Origin: an uncultured Desulfosarcina sp.
Lineage (GTDB): Bacteria; Desulfobacterota; Desulfobacteria; Desulfobacterales; Desulfosarcinaceae
DNA: 64,000 nt
Direction of reading: 5' to 3'
Assembly: GCA_963674945.2 (NCBI GenBank)
Contig: CAXXWQ010000003.1
Location: 1,792,001 to 1,856,000, forward strand
The notes under the pieces were generated by a model, which did no database searches, was not told the DNA's origin, and saw only the letters and a program-made list of their open reading frames with translations. This document shows, in pieces, positions 19,281 to 29,001 of the stretch (positions are counted from its first letter, which is position 1; each line of letters begins with the position of its first letter). Position numbers and translations under genes: made by a program.

Positions 19281-21320
19281 ATGAAAAACCGAAATCGACT
19301 AAAATATCTCGCCACGCCGGCCAAGGAGTGCCCATTCGAAGATTCCCAGCGTTACTTTTTCGAAACTGTCACAGACAGCCATCGAAGCCCAAAGGATGTC
19401 TTGAAGGAACGGGATTTTCAATTGTCTGCGATCATACAGGCATTCGACGGTTTCGTCTATGTATGCGACCAGGACTACCACCTGGAATTCATGAACAACA
19501 AGTTGATCGAACGAACCGGCTTCGACGGCACAGGACAAAACTGCTACAATGTGATTTATGGTCGAAACGCGGTCTGTGACTGGTGTCGAAATGACCGCGT
19601 CTTTAAAGGAGAGACCGTACACGGGGAAATGATGAATCCAATAGACCGGAAATGGTATTATTTCATCGACATCCCGATTTTTCACACAGACGGCACCATC
19701 TCCAAATCCGGTATTATCTTCGACATTCACAGACGAAAAGAAAACGAAAAAAAGAAGGAGAGCCACCGGCGTAAACTGGAAAGACGAGTCCGCGCCCGGA
19801 CCCGGGAACTCACCCTCATCAACAAGTATTTGCTAAACGAAATCGAAGAACGAAAAAAGATCGAAAAATCCCTTCGGGAAAGTCAGGATCGCCATCGTAT
19901 CATCTTCGATGGTTCCCGGGATGCCATTTTCATCACCGGCGCCAACGGATCCCTTCTGATTTTCAATCGAAGTGCCTGCCAGCTGACGGGATACGATTCG
20001 GATGAATTGAAAAATCTCAAACTCTCCGATCTATACATCAATATGGACGAGGATCAACATCACGATTACTATCACCGCATCTGTTCCGGCCAGGCCATTT
20101 CCGGCGAAGCGGAGATCCTTCGGAAAGATGGCAAGACCGTTTTCATCGAATTCAGCAGTCGAAAAATCGTCATCACGGGTGAAACCTGCACCCACACGAT
20201 TGCAAGGGACGTCACGGCCCGGAAAAAATCCGAGGATGCGCTTCGCAGGAGTGTGGCAAAATACCGTGAACTGGTTCAAAACACCAATAGCATCATTATT
20301 CGCTATGATCCATTGGGCCACATTACATTTTTCAATGAATACGCCCGAAAATTCTTTGGATTCTCCGAAAAGGAGATTCTCGGACTCAACATTTTGGGTA
20401 GCATCATACCTTGGCGGTCCTCTTCGGGAAGGGATTACCGCTCTCTGATGCGAGATTTTTTAAAACATCCGGAGCAATACCCCACATATGAGATCGAAAA
20501 CATACGGCGCGACGGGACACGCACCTGGGTCGCATGGACCAATAAAACGGTGTGGGATAACAGACACCGGATCGTCGAAATCATGAGCGTCGGCGTCGAT
20601 GTTACCCAGCGAAAACAGGCGCAGGATCAAGTTCAATTTCTAACCCACCAGCTGATCAAGGCCCAGGAAAACGAAAGACTGAAGATATCGCGGGACCTGC
20701 ACGACCACATCGCCCAGGACCTTTCCACCTTGAAAATTGGACTGGAAACCCTTTTCAAGGATCAATCCAATGACGTGAAACGAAAGTTGGATGGACTCTC
20801 CGATATCTTACAGCGATCCATTGCGGCGGTCAGAGACATGGCATACGATTTACGCCCACCAGGCCTGGATCAACTGGGACTTGTCAAGACCCTTTATCTG
20901 TATTGTGAAGATTTTTCCAAATCCGGTGGCGTGGAAATCGATTTTGCCGCTGCCGGTGTGGATGAGCTCCCAATGGAATATGAGATGGAGATCAACATCT
21001 ACCGGCTGATCCAGGAGGCCCTGAACAACATCAAGCGCCACGCCGGTGCCAGCCATGTGATGATTCGCTTGGTGGCGTCGTCACCGGATATCGTGATTCG
21101 AATCAAAGACGACGGTAAGGGGTTTAATGTGAAAGCCCGTCGAAAGCAGGCATTGGAAGAAAAACGGATGGGACTGCAGAGCATGGTGGAGCGTGTCCGC
21201 CTGTTGGACGGAAAGATTCAGTTCCAGTCAAAGCCCAACATGGGAACCTATATTCGAATTGAAATTCCCTTAAAGGAGAGAGCCAGTGGCTTCCAAAAAG
21301 AGTATCCTGATCATCGATGA
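19281..21320 (+). CDS. cytoplasmic multi-PAS histidine kinase (HisKA_3, NarX/UhpB type)
   Basis: Three PAS-like repeats; QENERLKISRDLHDHIAQ, IQEALNNI, DDGKGF, MGLQSM; no TM. Confidence 0.92.
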   Translation: MKNRNRLKYLATPAKECPFEDSQRYFFETVTDSHRSPKDVLKERDFQLSAIIQAFDGFVYVCDQDYHLEFMNNKLIERTGFDGTGQNCYNVIYGRNAVCDWCRNDRVFKGETVHGEMMNPIDRKWYYFIDIPIFHTDGTISKSGIIFDIHRRKENEKKKESHRRKLERRVRARTRELTLINKYLLNEIEERKKIEKSLRESQDRHRIIFDGSRDAIFITGANGSLLIFNRSACQLTGYDSDELKNLKLSDLYINMDEDQHHDYYHRICSGQAISGEAEILRKDGKTVFIEFSSRKIVITGETCTHTIARDVTARKKSEDALRRSVAKYRELVQNTNSIIIRYDPLGHITFFNEYARKFFGFSEKEILGLNILGSIIPWRSSSGRDYRSLMRDFLKHPEQYPTYEIENIRRDGTRTWVAWTNKTVWDNRHRIVEIMSVGVDVTQRKQAQDQVQFLTHQLIKAQENERLKISRDLHDHIAQDLSTLKIGLETLFKDQSNDVKRKLDGLSDILQRSIAAVRDMAYDLRPPGLDQLGLVKTLYLYCEDFSKSGGVEIDFAAAGVDELPMEYEMEINIYRLIQEALNNIKRHAGASHVMIRLVASSPDIVIRIKDDGKGFNVKARRKQALEEKRMGLQSMVERVRLLDGKIQFQSKPNMGTYIRIEIPLKERASGFQKEYPDHR

Positions 21321-21963
21321 TCACCCGCTATTCAGAGAAGGACTCAAGTCCATCATTGCCGCAGATCGGCAATTCGTAGTCGAAGGTGAGGCGGGAAATG
21401 CTCGAGAAGGCCTCAAAACGGCGCAGCATATCAAGCCCGACGTGGCCCTTGTGGACATCTCCTTGCCCGATGAAAGCGGAATGCAACTCACCCGGCGGAT
21501 CCGGGAGGCATTACCGAATACCCGCGTCATGATTATCAGCATGCATTCCAAAATAGACTATATCGTAGAGGCGTTCCAAGCCGGTGCCACGGGATATGTG
21601 GTAAAGGATTCCGCGGCAGGGAGGTTGATCCAGGGACTACATGCCGTCGTCGAAGGCGAATATTTTTTAGACAGCTCGATCAGCCACGAAGTCGTTTCAC
21701 GCCTCATGAAATCACCGGTTCGGGATGCACGCGTCAGCGATGCGGAATACGGACGCCTCACACCGAGGGAACAAGAAATCATGCGGATGCTGGCAGAGGG
21801 GCAGCAAAAATCGACAATTGCCGAACGCCTGTGTATCAGCATCAAGACTGTCGAGAATCACCGATCGAATATCATGCGAAAACTCGATTTGCACAGTGCC
21901 ATGGATTTGGTGCGCTACGCCGCCAAGTTGGGGCTGATCGACATCGATCTGTGGAAGGAATAA
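21286..21963 (+). CDS. NarL/LuxR-family response regulator
   Basis: IDDHPLFREG, DISLP, LTPREQEI...KTVENHRSNIMRKL. Confidence 0.95.
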   Translation: MASKKSILIIDDHPLFREGLKSIIAADRQFVVEGEAGNAREGLKTAQHIKPDVALVDISLPDESGMQLTRRIREALPNTRVMIISMHSKIDYIVEAFQAGATGYVVKDSAAGRLIQGLHAVVEGEYFLDSSISHEVVSRLMKSPVRDARVSDAEYGRLTPREQEIMRMLAEGQQKSTIAERLCISIKTVENHRSNIMRKLDLHSAMDLVRYAAKLGLIDIDLWKE

Positions 21964-22109
21964 CTTTTCTCTCGTTCCCTTTTACGGGGCGCAACTCTTA
22001 TTTGCCATAAAAAATCGAACGAGATTGGGGTCTGGTTCGGGCGGCCTATTATTAATCGTTTTTCCAATGAGTTATCTCTTTATTCTCATCTCCTTTCTTC
22101 CGTATTGAT

Positions 22110-22140
22110 CCAATACCCGGGATTTTCTCCCGGGTATTGG
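22110..22140. promoter_or_regulatory. perfect 13-bp inverted repeat (operator or hairpin)
   Basis: CCAATACCCGGGA-TTTTC-TCCCGGGTATTGG. Confidence 0.5.
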
Positions 22141-22278
22141 TAATAAATCCTAAAAAAATGAACCCCTTGCCCTATAGACATTTTTTTTTATCTCGATATG
22201 ATGAGACCATAAAAAATATTTGATGGTTGTGTGGAACACTTAAAAATCGTGCAACGAAGACTGAGAAAGGAGAAAACC

Positions 22279-22479
22279 ATGATTTCTTCTCCATGCAAAA
22301 CCTGTGAAAGACGATACGATCCGAAGGATGAATGTCTCAAAGATTGCAAAATTCTGCACGATGTTCAAGAGTTTCATCTCATGACGGCAAAAGGTACAAC
22401 TTACAGCGCCATTGACTGCACAGAGGAAAGTCGCTACCATATCAAGACACCATCCGCAGCCATGGTGAGCTGCTACTAA
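22279..22479 (+). CDS. small Cys-rich protein
   Basis: AAGGAG SD; SPCKTC...ECLKDC. Confidence 0.65.
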   Translation: MISSPCKTCERRYDPKDECLKDCKILHDVQEFHLMTAKGTTYSAIDCTEESRYHIKTPSAAMVSCY

Positions 22480-22678
22480 CAATCTGTTTTACCCAAAGAT
22501 CCAGTATCCCCAAGCCTGTTGTGCAGGGGGAAACCTTGCGATGTGCCCGCCTATCGCTTTTCTTCGCTGTTTGGTTGCCAAACGGCGAGAGGTGGTAGTT
22601 GTGGCCGTCGTTTTCTTGTTTCGTCTGTATCGTCAAATTACCGAAGTTGCAAGAGTGCAAAGCCATTGTTGGGTTTAT

Positions 22679-22789
22679 CGATGAACTCGTAAAAAATCGT
22701 CAAAATGCGATTTATGCAATTTGCCAATGAATCGTTTCGAATGGTTTCAGCGTCGGGAAGCACGAAGTTACATTTTTACGAGACTATCA
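22679..22789. repeat. MITE/REP-like element
   Basis: CGATGAACTCGTAAAAA ... TTTTTACGAGACTATCA terminal IR (13/17); TAT on both flanks. Confidence 0.6.
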
Positions 22790-22822
22790 TATTTCATCAA
22801 CCCCAAAAAGGTTCACCGAAAA

Positions 22823-23098
22823 ATGGGTCCACAAACACCTACCCTCACCGATAACCAGTCGACGTATCGATCCGCAAGCCAAACCGACAAGCCGATCGAT
22901 AAAGGTTACAGCAAAAAAGAGAGCCCATCCGTACATCTGGATATCATTGCCATGGTCCGAAGCCTGCAAAGAACAGCAGGGGTAATGGACTGCTTCAGAA
23001 GGGGCAACGCAGACTGCGACAGCATCGAATGTGACTGGCGTATCTATTGCCTTGGATCCCAAAACGATAAAAAGGATGGTTCGACACCCGAAAAATAG
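22823..23098 (+). CDS. small protein with four-Cys C-terminal motif
   Basis: VRSLQRTAG..DCFRRG..DCD..ECDWRIYC resembles small deltaproteobacterial proteins often labelled SAP-domain; start uncertain. Confidence 0.6.
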   Translation: MGPQTPTLTDNQSTYRSASQTDKPIDKGYSKKESPSVHLDIIAMVRSLQRTAGVMDCFRRGNADCDSIECDWRIYCLGSQNDKKDGSTPEK

Positions 23099-23160
23099 AT
23101 AATCCGCCGATCGTTTTCACCTTTTAAACCTTCAGGTAAGCGGTGTCACCTCCCAGCCTT

Positions 23161-25527
23161 TCAACGGCATGGTTGTCCTTTAACAGCAGACCAAAAGCGG
23201 TTCACCCGACGATGCACCTCCTTCTTTGAATGGACAAAAAACACGGGCCAGTGTTTCGGCAGGAGTTCTTTGTAGTCGTTCCTTCCAAATCGCTGGTCCA
23301 CGAGCAGTACCGTGCCACGATCTTGGTCCGTTCGAATCACCCGGCCGACAGCCTGAAGAACCCGAATGATTCCAGGGAACTTGTAGGCAAAATCGAAACC
23401 CGTCCCTCGTTTATCGAAATAGCTTCGGATCAACTCCCTTTCAGGATCAATTGCCGGCAGTCCGACTCCGACGATGATGGCACCGCTCAGTCTGTCACCA
23501 ACCAGATCGATCCCCTCACCAAAAATTCCCCCCATAACGGCGAACCCGACGATGGCATGCCGATTCTGTTCCGAAAAGTGGGATAGAAACGTCAAGCGCG
23601 CTTCTTCATCCATGCCGGGTGTCTGCACGACGGTTTGGACCCGTGGAACCTTGTCTTGGAAGCGCTCGGCCACCATGGTCATGTATGCGTAGGAAGGAAA
23701 AAAAGTCAGGTAGTTTCCCCTTTTTCCATGGATAAACGCATGCACCAATTCGACAATCGGCGCCACACTCGTTTCCCGCTGTGCATAATACGTGGAAATC
23801 TTGTGGGCGATGAGCACTTGCAAGTGCTTTTGGGGAAAAGGAGAAGGAATGGCGATTTTCATCGCGGTCGGTTCACATCCAAATACATCCTGGAAGTAGT
23901 GCGCCGGCATCATGGTGGCCGAAAAAAAGACGGTGGCGCGAGAGCGCTCCAAGGCCGATTTTATGTGTCGGGATGGATCCAGGCAGAACAATTTGACTGT
24001 GTAGTCTTTTTCAGAGTTCCGGTAGCAAGTCACATAGTGATCGTCGAATCGTTCCCATGCACGCAAGAAGCCTGCGGTTTCGAAATAGACTGTCAGTACG
24101 ATCTCCCGGTACGATGCCGGCTCGTTCTTGGACAACCACCGTCCTGCCACGCGAAGAAAATCGAATAACAAGTGTTCCAGACCTTCGGGTTTTTCGGTAT
24201 TGGAAGCAAAGTCCCCATACCCGGCCGAACCGGAAGCGGTGGATCTACGGACCTTGTTCATCCATGCGTTGATCTTACCGGATGTACGATAGACAGATGG
24301 CAGGTGCGACTTGACAGCTTTTCGTAACGACAAAAATGAGCTTTTTTTCAGTCGGGCGGAAAACATCTCGCGGGAGCGATCCACCAGATTGTGGGCCTCG
24401 TCCACCAAAAATGCGTATTCTCCATTCTCCTCGTCGAAAAACCGCCGCAGGTACACTCTGGGATCGAAGGCATAATTGTAATCACAAACAATACAATCTG
24501 ACCACTGGGCAAGTGCCAGGGACATTTCAAAGGGGCAGACGTCGTATGCGCGGGCCACGGTGGTGATGGTGTTTCGATCCAGATTGTCCCGGGCAAAGGC
24601 GACCTCCATGGCCGCCGGCAATCGATCGAAATGCCCCTTTGCATAGGGACACACATCGGGATTGCAAGTCGCCTCTGTGCAAAAGCAGATTTTTTCCTTT
24701 GCGGTCAGGGCGAGACGCTTTGTCCGCAGTCCCTTCTCCTCCAGAAAATTCAAGGTATCCAGGACGGCAAACTTTCCCGTATCCCTGGCCGTAAGAAAAA
24801 AGATTCGATCGACGCTGCCCCGGGCCATCGCTTTGAGTGCCGGGAAAAGGACCGCAACGGTCTTCCCGATCCCCGTAGAGGCCTGGATGAGTGCCTGCCG
24901 CCTGTCACGCAGGGCACGGTATACGGCAACGGCCATCTCCCGTTGACCCGTCCGATATCGGGCAAAGGGAAAGTCAAGGGAGTCAATGGATTCATCACGA
25001 AGGAGGTGCCATCGGGCGATTTTCGATATCCACGCCACATACCGTTGGATCAAGCCTTTAAAAAAGGTTTGTAATTCGTCGACGGTAAACCTCTCGACGA
25101 GCTCCAACACCTTTGCCGTATCCAATTGATAGTAGGTGAGTCGAACGGAGAGCTCGGGTACACGGCGGTCGCACGCAAGCAGGTATGCATAGACCTTGGC
25201 CTGCCCCCAATGACATGGATGAGGCGTCGATGCAAACCGGCTCAGATCACCCGTCGTGGTCTTGATCTCTTCGATTACGATGGTACCATCGGTTTCGAAA
25301 ACACCGTCGATACGCCCCCCCACAAGCAAGTTGACTTCCGCGGTCTCCACCTCCATGGAAACTGGAACTTCCGCCTCATACCCTTCCGGCCGATTTTTTT
25401 GGATTTGTCGATGGGCACGAATGCCCTCCACGGAACGCCCCGGCAAGGTGAACCGCACATCCAGGTCCCCGGCCCGCAAAACGGCCTCGACCAATGTCCG
25501 GACGGCAATTCGAAGTCGCTTTTTCAC
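23161..25527 (-). CDS. PD-(D/E)xK nuclease fused to XPD/DinG-family Fe-S helicase
   Basis: GRIDG...IEEIKTT nuclease motif; Q motif RTGQ, ASTGIGKT, C-x6-C-x4-C...CPF, VDEAHN, SAT, FFPSY, EGID, QAVGRVIR; AGGAGG SD before GTG. Confidence 0.9.
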   Translation of the reverse strand: MKKRLRIAVRTLVEAVLRAGDLDVRFTLPGRSVEGIRAHRQIQKNRPEGYEAEVPVSMEVETAEVNLLVGGRIDGVFETDGTIVIEEIKTTTGDLSRFASTPHPCHWGQAKVYAYLLACDRRVPELSVRLTYYQLDTAKVLELVERFTVDELQTFFKGLIQRYVAWISKIARWHLLRDESIDSLDFPFARYRTGQREMAVAVYRALRDRRQALIQASTGIGKTVAVLFPALKAMARGSVDRIFFLTARDTGKFAVLDTLNFLEEKGLRTKRLALTAKEKICFCTEATCNPDVCPYAKGHFDRLPAAMEVAFARDNLDRNTITTVARAYDVCPFEMSLALAQWSDCIVCDYNYAFDPRVYLRRFFDEENGEYAFLVDEAHNLVDRSREMFSARLKKSSFLSLRKAVKSHLPSVYRTSGKINAWMNKVRRSTASGSAGYGDFASNTEKPEGLEHLLFDFLRVAGRWLSKNEPASYREIVLTVYFETAGFLRAWERFDDHYVTCYRNSEKDYTVKLFCLDPSRHIKSALERSRATVFFSATMMPAHYFQDVFGCEPTAMKIAIPSPFPQKHLQVLIAHKISTYYAQRETSVAPIVELVHAFIHGKRGNYLTFFPSYAYMTMVAERFQDKVPRVQTVVQTPGMDEEARLTFLSHFSEQNRHAIVGFAVMGGIFGEGIDLVGDRLSGAIIVGVGLPAIDPERELIRSYFDKRGTGFDFAYKFPGIIRVLQAVGRVIRTDQDRGTVLLVDQRFGRNDYKELLPKHWPVFFVHSKKEVHRRVNRFWSAVKGQPCR

Positions 25528-25647
25528 CCAACCCCCTCCTTTTTCCCGTTTCGCCTTGCCTTTGGTGCAAACGCGCACTACTGTAATGGTCTACATTTTT
25601 TTGGTCAAGCAACCAATTCACCCCATGGGCAGACAATAGGAGTTGTG

Positions 25648-26607
25648 ATGAAATCGACGGTATTGGGAACAACAGACATCCATCTTTCGACAATCATCAT
25701 GGGAACCTGGCAGACGGGAAAATCCATGTGGACAGGAATCGATGATCGGCAAAGTGAAGATGCCATCCGGGCAGCCTTGGATTGCGGAATCACCACCTTC
25801 GATACCGCCGAGGCATATGGGAACGGCCACTCGGAAAGAATACTGGGACGGGCCATCGGTAGTCGCCGTGACGAGGCAAGGATCTTATCGAAGGTCTTTC
25901 CGAATCATTTGCAGTATGACCAGGTGATCAAGGCCTGCAACCGTTCATTGAAAAACTTGGGTACCGATTATCTTGACCTGTACCAGATTCACTGGCCACC
26001 GGGTTCATTCGGTTCGAAGAAGGTCCCCATGGAAGAAGCCATGGATGCGATGGTGTCGTTAAAAAACCAAGGTAAGATCGCCGCCATCGGCGTGTCCAAC
26101 TTTTCCTTCGACCAGCTTGTCGCCGTATCCCGCATCGGTCCTGTCGAGAGCGTTCAACCGCCCTATTCCCTCCTATGGCGACAGGCGAGTGACAAGATAC
26201 TACCATGGTGCAGGGAAAACCAGGTTTCTGTTCTGGCCTATTCCCCCATGGCCCAGGGCCTTCTCACCGGAAAATTCGGTCCTGCGCACCAGTTTGAAAA
26301 GGGAGACCATCGAAGCAAAAATCGGTTGTTTCAACCGGATCTGTACCCCCATGTACAGCGTGTCCTCCATGCGCTTCGCCCCATGGCCGAAGAGAAAGGC
26401 ATCTCCATGGCGCAGCTCGCCTTGGCCTGGGTAATTGCACAAAAAGGCGTTTGCGCCATTGCCGGAGCCCGAAATGAAAGTCAGGTAAAAGACAATGCAA
26501 AAGCTGCGGATGTCTGCCTTACCGAAACAGAAATCGGAGAAATGGATCGTATCAGCAGGTGGGTCACCGAAAAAATCGACGACAATCCGGTGCAATGGTC
26601 CTGGTAG
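25648..26607 (+). CDS. aldo/keto reductase
   Basis: FDTAEAYGNG.SE, LGTDYLDLYQIHWP, IGVSNF, YSPMAQGLLTGK; AGGAG SD. Confidence 0.93.
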   Translation: MKSTVLGTTDIHLSTIIMGTWQTGKSMWTGIDDRQSEDAIRAALDCGITTFDTAEAYGNGHSERILGRAIGSRRDEARILSKVFPNHLQYDQVIKACNRSLKNLGTDYLDLYQIHWPPGSFGSKKVPMEEAMDAMVSLKNQGKIAAIGVSNFSFDQLVAVSRIGPVESVQPPYSLLWRQASDKILPWCRENQVSVLAYSPMAQGLLTGKFGPAHQFEKGDHRSKNRLFQPDLYPHVQRVLHALRPMAEEKGISMAQLALAWVIAQKGVCAIAGARNESQVKDNAKAADVCLTETEIGEMDRISRWVTEKIDDNPVQWSW

Positions 26608-26702
26608 ACAGCGGACCAATATCACAAAGGCTATTGATTTTTTGATCCGTGCATACTACATCTTGTGCGTCAGGGTTGAATCGGAATCGTCAAGAGGAGG
26701 AA

Positions 26703-27002
26703 ATGATGGCAAAGGCGCCGCTGAAATACCAATTGATCAATCCGGTAAAAATCAGAACCGACGAATCGGACCTGGATTTCATGACCGCGCGAAGCATGGC
26801 CAACAAGAAAGTGAAATCCTTATGTCCGGATCCCAAATTGATCTCCTGGTACAATGCCACCACAGGTGAATCCTATCCTGGAAAAAAGTGCGGCTGTGCC
26901 GGCAAACCAGTATGGCTCAACCATGCGAAATCCTGCAAGTGTGATTTGACGGTCGATATCAATGACGAGCAATTTGTCTTCATCTACCTGACACAACCAT
27001 AA
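26703..27002 (+). CDS. AF1514-like (DUF5619) protein
   Basis: DPKLISWYN..TG...P...KP.W...DLTVDINDEQFVF pattern; GAGGAGG SD. Confidence 0.6.
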   Translation: MMAKAPLKYQLINPVKIRTDESDLDFMTARSMANKKVKSLCPDPKLISWYNATTGESYPGKKCGCAGKPVWLNHAKSCKCDLTVDINDEQFVFIYLTQP

Positions 27003-27020
27003 GTTCAATCGATAGCTTAC

Positions 27021-27698
27021 ATGTTCAGCCTAGAGCAATTTCATCAAACCTACGATACGGTCACGACGCCAGTTACCATCGGCGATCGAGCCATTCAGCT
27101 TTTTACCCCTGCATCCATTGACCGCTTCATCGATGCCGATGACGTGATGAACAACTTTCCCTTATGGGCCAAAATTTGGGAGGCATCAGGTGTTTTGGCC
27201 AGCTACCTGACCCGTCTCCCGCCGGATACGAACAAGAAAATGCTCGAAATCGGATGCGGGTTGGGTATGGTGGGCATCGCGGGTGCCAAGGCGGGCCACC
27301 GTGTCACCATGACCGAAATCAATGGCGACGCATTGAACTTCGCCCGGGCAAACGCTCTCGCCAATGATTGCCCGACGCTTACCATCGAAAGGTTGGACTG
27401 GAATGCGCCCCACCTCTCCGGTCGATTCGACTATATCATCGGATCCGAAACCGTTTACAAAGCAGATGACATCGACGGCCTAAAAAAGCTTTTCGATCGT
27501 TATCTCCACCCCGACGGGATTATCCTATTGGCGGAAGGGGTTCGCCGTACCGGCGTCGAATTTTGGGCGCGCATGAAAGATCGTTACGATGTCCAGGCCC
27601 GTCGCCACACCCTTCGATCAGGCACTGAGGAAAAACATGTGGTGTTGTTTCGATTGCGGCCAAAAGACATACATCCAATACAGGCAGACAAAAATTAG
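27021..27698 (+). CDS. class I SAM methyltransferase (Methyltransf_16 / lysine MTase-like)
   Basis: PLWAKIWEAS, LEIGCGLG, LDWN, DYIIGSETVY. Confidence 0.85.
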   Translation: MFSLEQFHQTYDTVTTPVTIGDRAIQLFTPASIDRFIDADDVMNNFPLWAKIWEASGVLASYLTRLPPDTNKKMLEIGCGLGMVGIAGAKAGHRVTMTEINGDALNFARANALANDCPTLTIERLDWNAPHLSGRFDYIIGSETVYKADDIDGLKKLFDRYLHPDGIILLAEGVRRTGVEFWARMKDRYDVQARRHTLRSGTEEKHVVLFRLRPKDIHPIQADKN

Positions 27699-27699
27699 T

Positions 27700-27843
27700 T
27701 AGTGTTCGTCCGGAAATAGGCAAATTTGGTCGAGATCAAGGCGCACGAAAAATTTTACCGGAGGTATATGGTTGATATTCCGAGGATACAATTTTTCGCG
27801 CAACGCCGATATCGGGCAAATTGGCCATTTCTGGATGTATAGT
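27700..27843. repeat. long imperfect palindromic intergenic element
   Basis: TCCGGAAATAGGCAAATTT ... CAAATTGGCCATTTCTGGA arms; internal core shared with 30407-30560; TTAG on both flanks. Confidence 0.7.
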
Positions 27844-27858
27844 TAGGCAGACCCTCCC

Positions 27859-29001
27859 ATGACCATATCATCCAAGTTGCCCGATGTGGGCACCACCATC
27901 TTTACCATAATGTCCACACTTTCCGCTCAGCACGATGCCATCAACCTCTCCCAGGGCTTTCCCGATTTCGACACCCCCCGGGCCTTGATCGACCGTGTCG
28001 CCTTTCATATGCGAAAGGGACGCAATCAATATGCACCCATGCAGGGCGTTGGGGCACTCAGGGAAAAGATCTCCTCGAAGGTGGCGAATCTTTACCAGAA
28101 TCCGGTGGATCCGGACAGGGAAATCACCGTCACATCGGGCGCCACAGAAGCCCTCTATGCCGCCATCACGGCCGTCGTACGTCCCGGCGACGAAGTCATC
28201 GTTTTCGAACCGGCTTTTGATTCCTATGCACCGGCCATCCGCCTCAATGGCGGGCGTCCGGTTTATCTCTCCATGAAGTTTCCCGACTATTGCATTGACT
28301 GGGACGAGGTGGCGGACACCGTCTGCGAAAAGACGCGTCTGATCATCCTCAATTCGCCCCACAATCCCACGGGCACGGTACTGTCGGAATCGGACATGGC
28401 AGCCATACGACAGATCGTATCCGGTCGGGATCTGTTTATCATCTCAGACGAAGTGTATGAACATATCATCTTCGACGATCTCACCCACCAAAGTGTATTG
28501 CGGGACCCGGCGCTGTATGCGAAAAGCTTCGTCATCAGTTCATTCGGGAAGACCTACCACACCACGGGGTGGAAAATTGGATACTGCATCGCGCCACCGG
28601 ACCTCACCCGTGAATTTCAACGGGTGCATCAGTTTCTCACCTTCGCCTCCAACACCCCCATTCAGTGGGCATATGCCGACATCATGGATGATCCTGCACG
28701 CTACCTTGGGTTATCGACCTTTTATCAAGAAAAAAGGGACCGATTTACAGGTCTGCTCGAAGAATCCCGGTTCAAACCACTTGCCTGCCGCGGGACCTAC
28801 TTCCAGATGATGGATTATTCGGCCATCAGCGATATGGATGATGTCTCTTTTGCCAAAATGATGACGACGAGATATAAAGTGGCGGCAATCCCACCATCGG
28901 TTTTTTACCATGATGGACAAGACAACCGGGTATTGCGGTTCTGTTTCGCCAAAAGGAACGACACCCTGACAAAGGCGGCGAAGATCCTATGCAAGATCTG
29001 A
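27859..29001 (+). CDS. ybdL: methionine/glutamine aminotransferase (class I PLP)
   Basis: SKLPDVGTTIFT, INLSQGFPDF, NSPHNPTG, SDEVYE, SSFGKTYHTTGWKIGY, RFCFAK. Confidence 0.92.
   Translation: MTISSKLPDVGTTIFTIMSTLSAQHDAINLSQGFPDFDTPRALIDRVAFHMRKGRNQYAPMQGVGALREKISSKVANLYQNPVDPDREITVTSGATEALYAAITAVVRPGDEVIVFEPAFDSYAPAIRLNGGRPVYLSMKFPDYCIDWDEVADTVCEKTRLIILNSPHNPTGTVLSESDMAAIRQIVSGRDLFIISDEVYEHIIFDDLTHQSVLRDPALYAKSFVISSFGKTYHTTGWKIGYCIAPPDLTREFQRVHQFLTFASNTPIQWAYADIMDDPARYLGLSTFYQEKRDRFTGLLEESRFKPLACRGTYFQMMDYSAISDMDDVSFAKMMTTRYKVAAIPPSVFYHDGQDNRVLRFCFAKRNDTLTKAAKILCKI

Noticed and set aside
23161..25527. Type IV CRISPR (CasDinG/Cas4) interpretation
   Set aside because: No repeat-spacer array or other cas genes anywhere in the window.
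25126..25647. N-terminal extension of the aldo/keto reductase ORF
   Set aside because: Antisense to the helicase gene; the SD and the AKR fold both begin at 25648.
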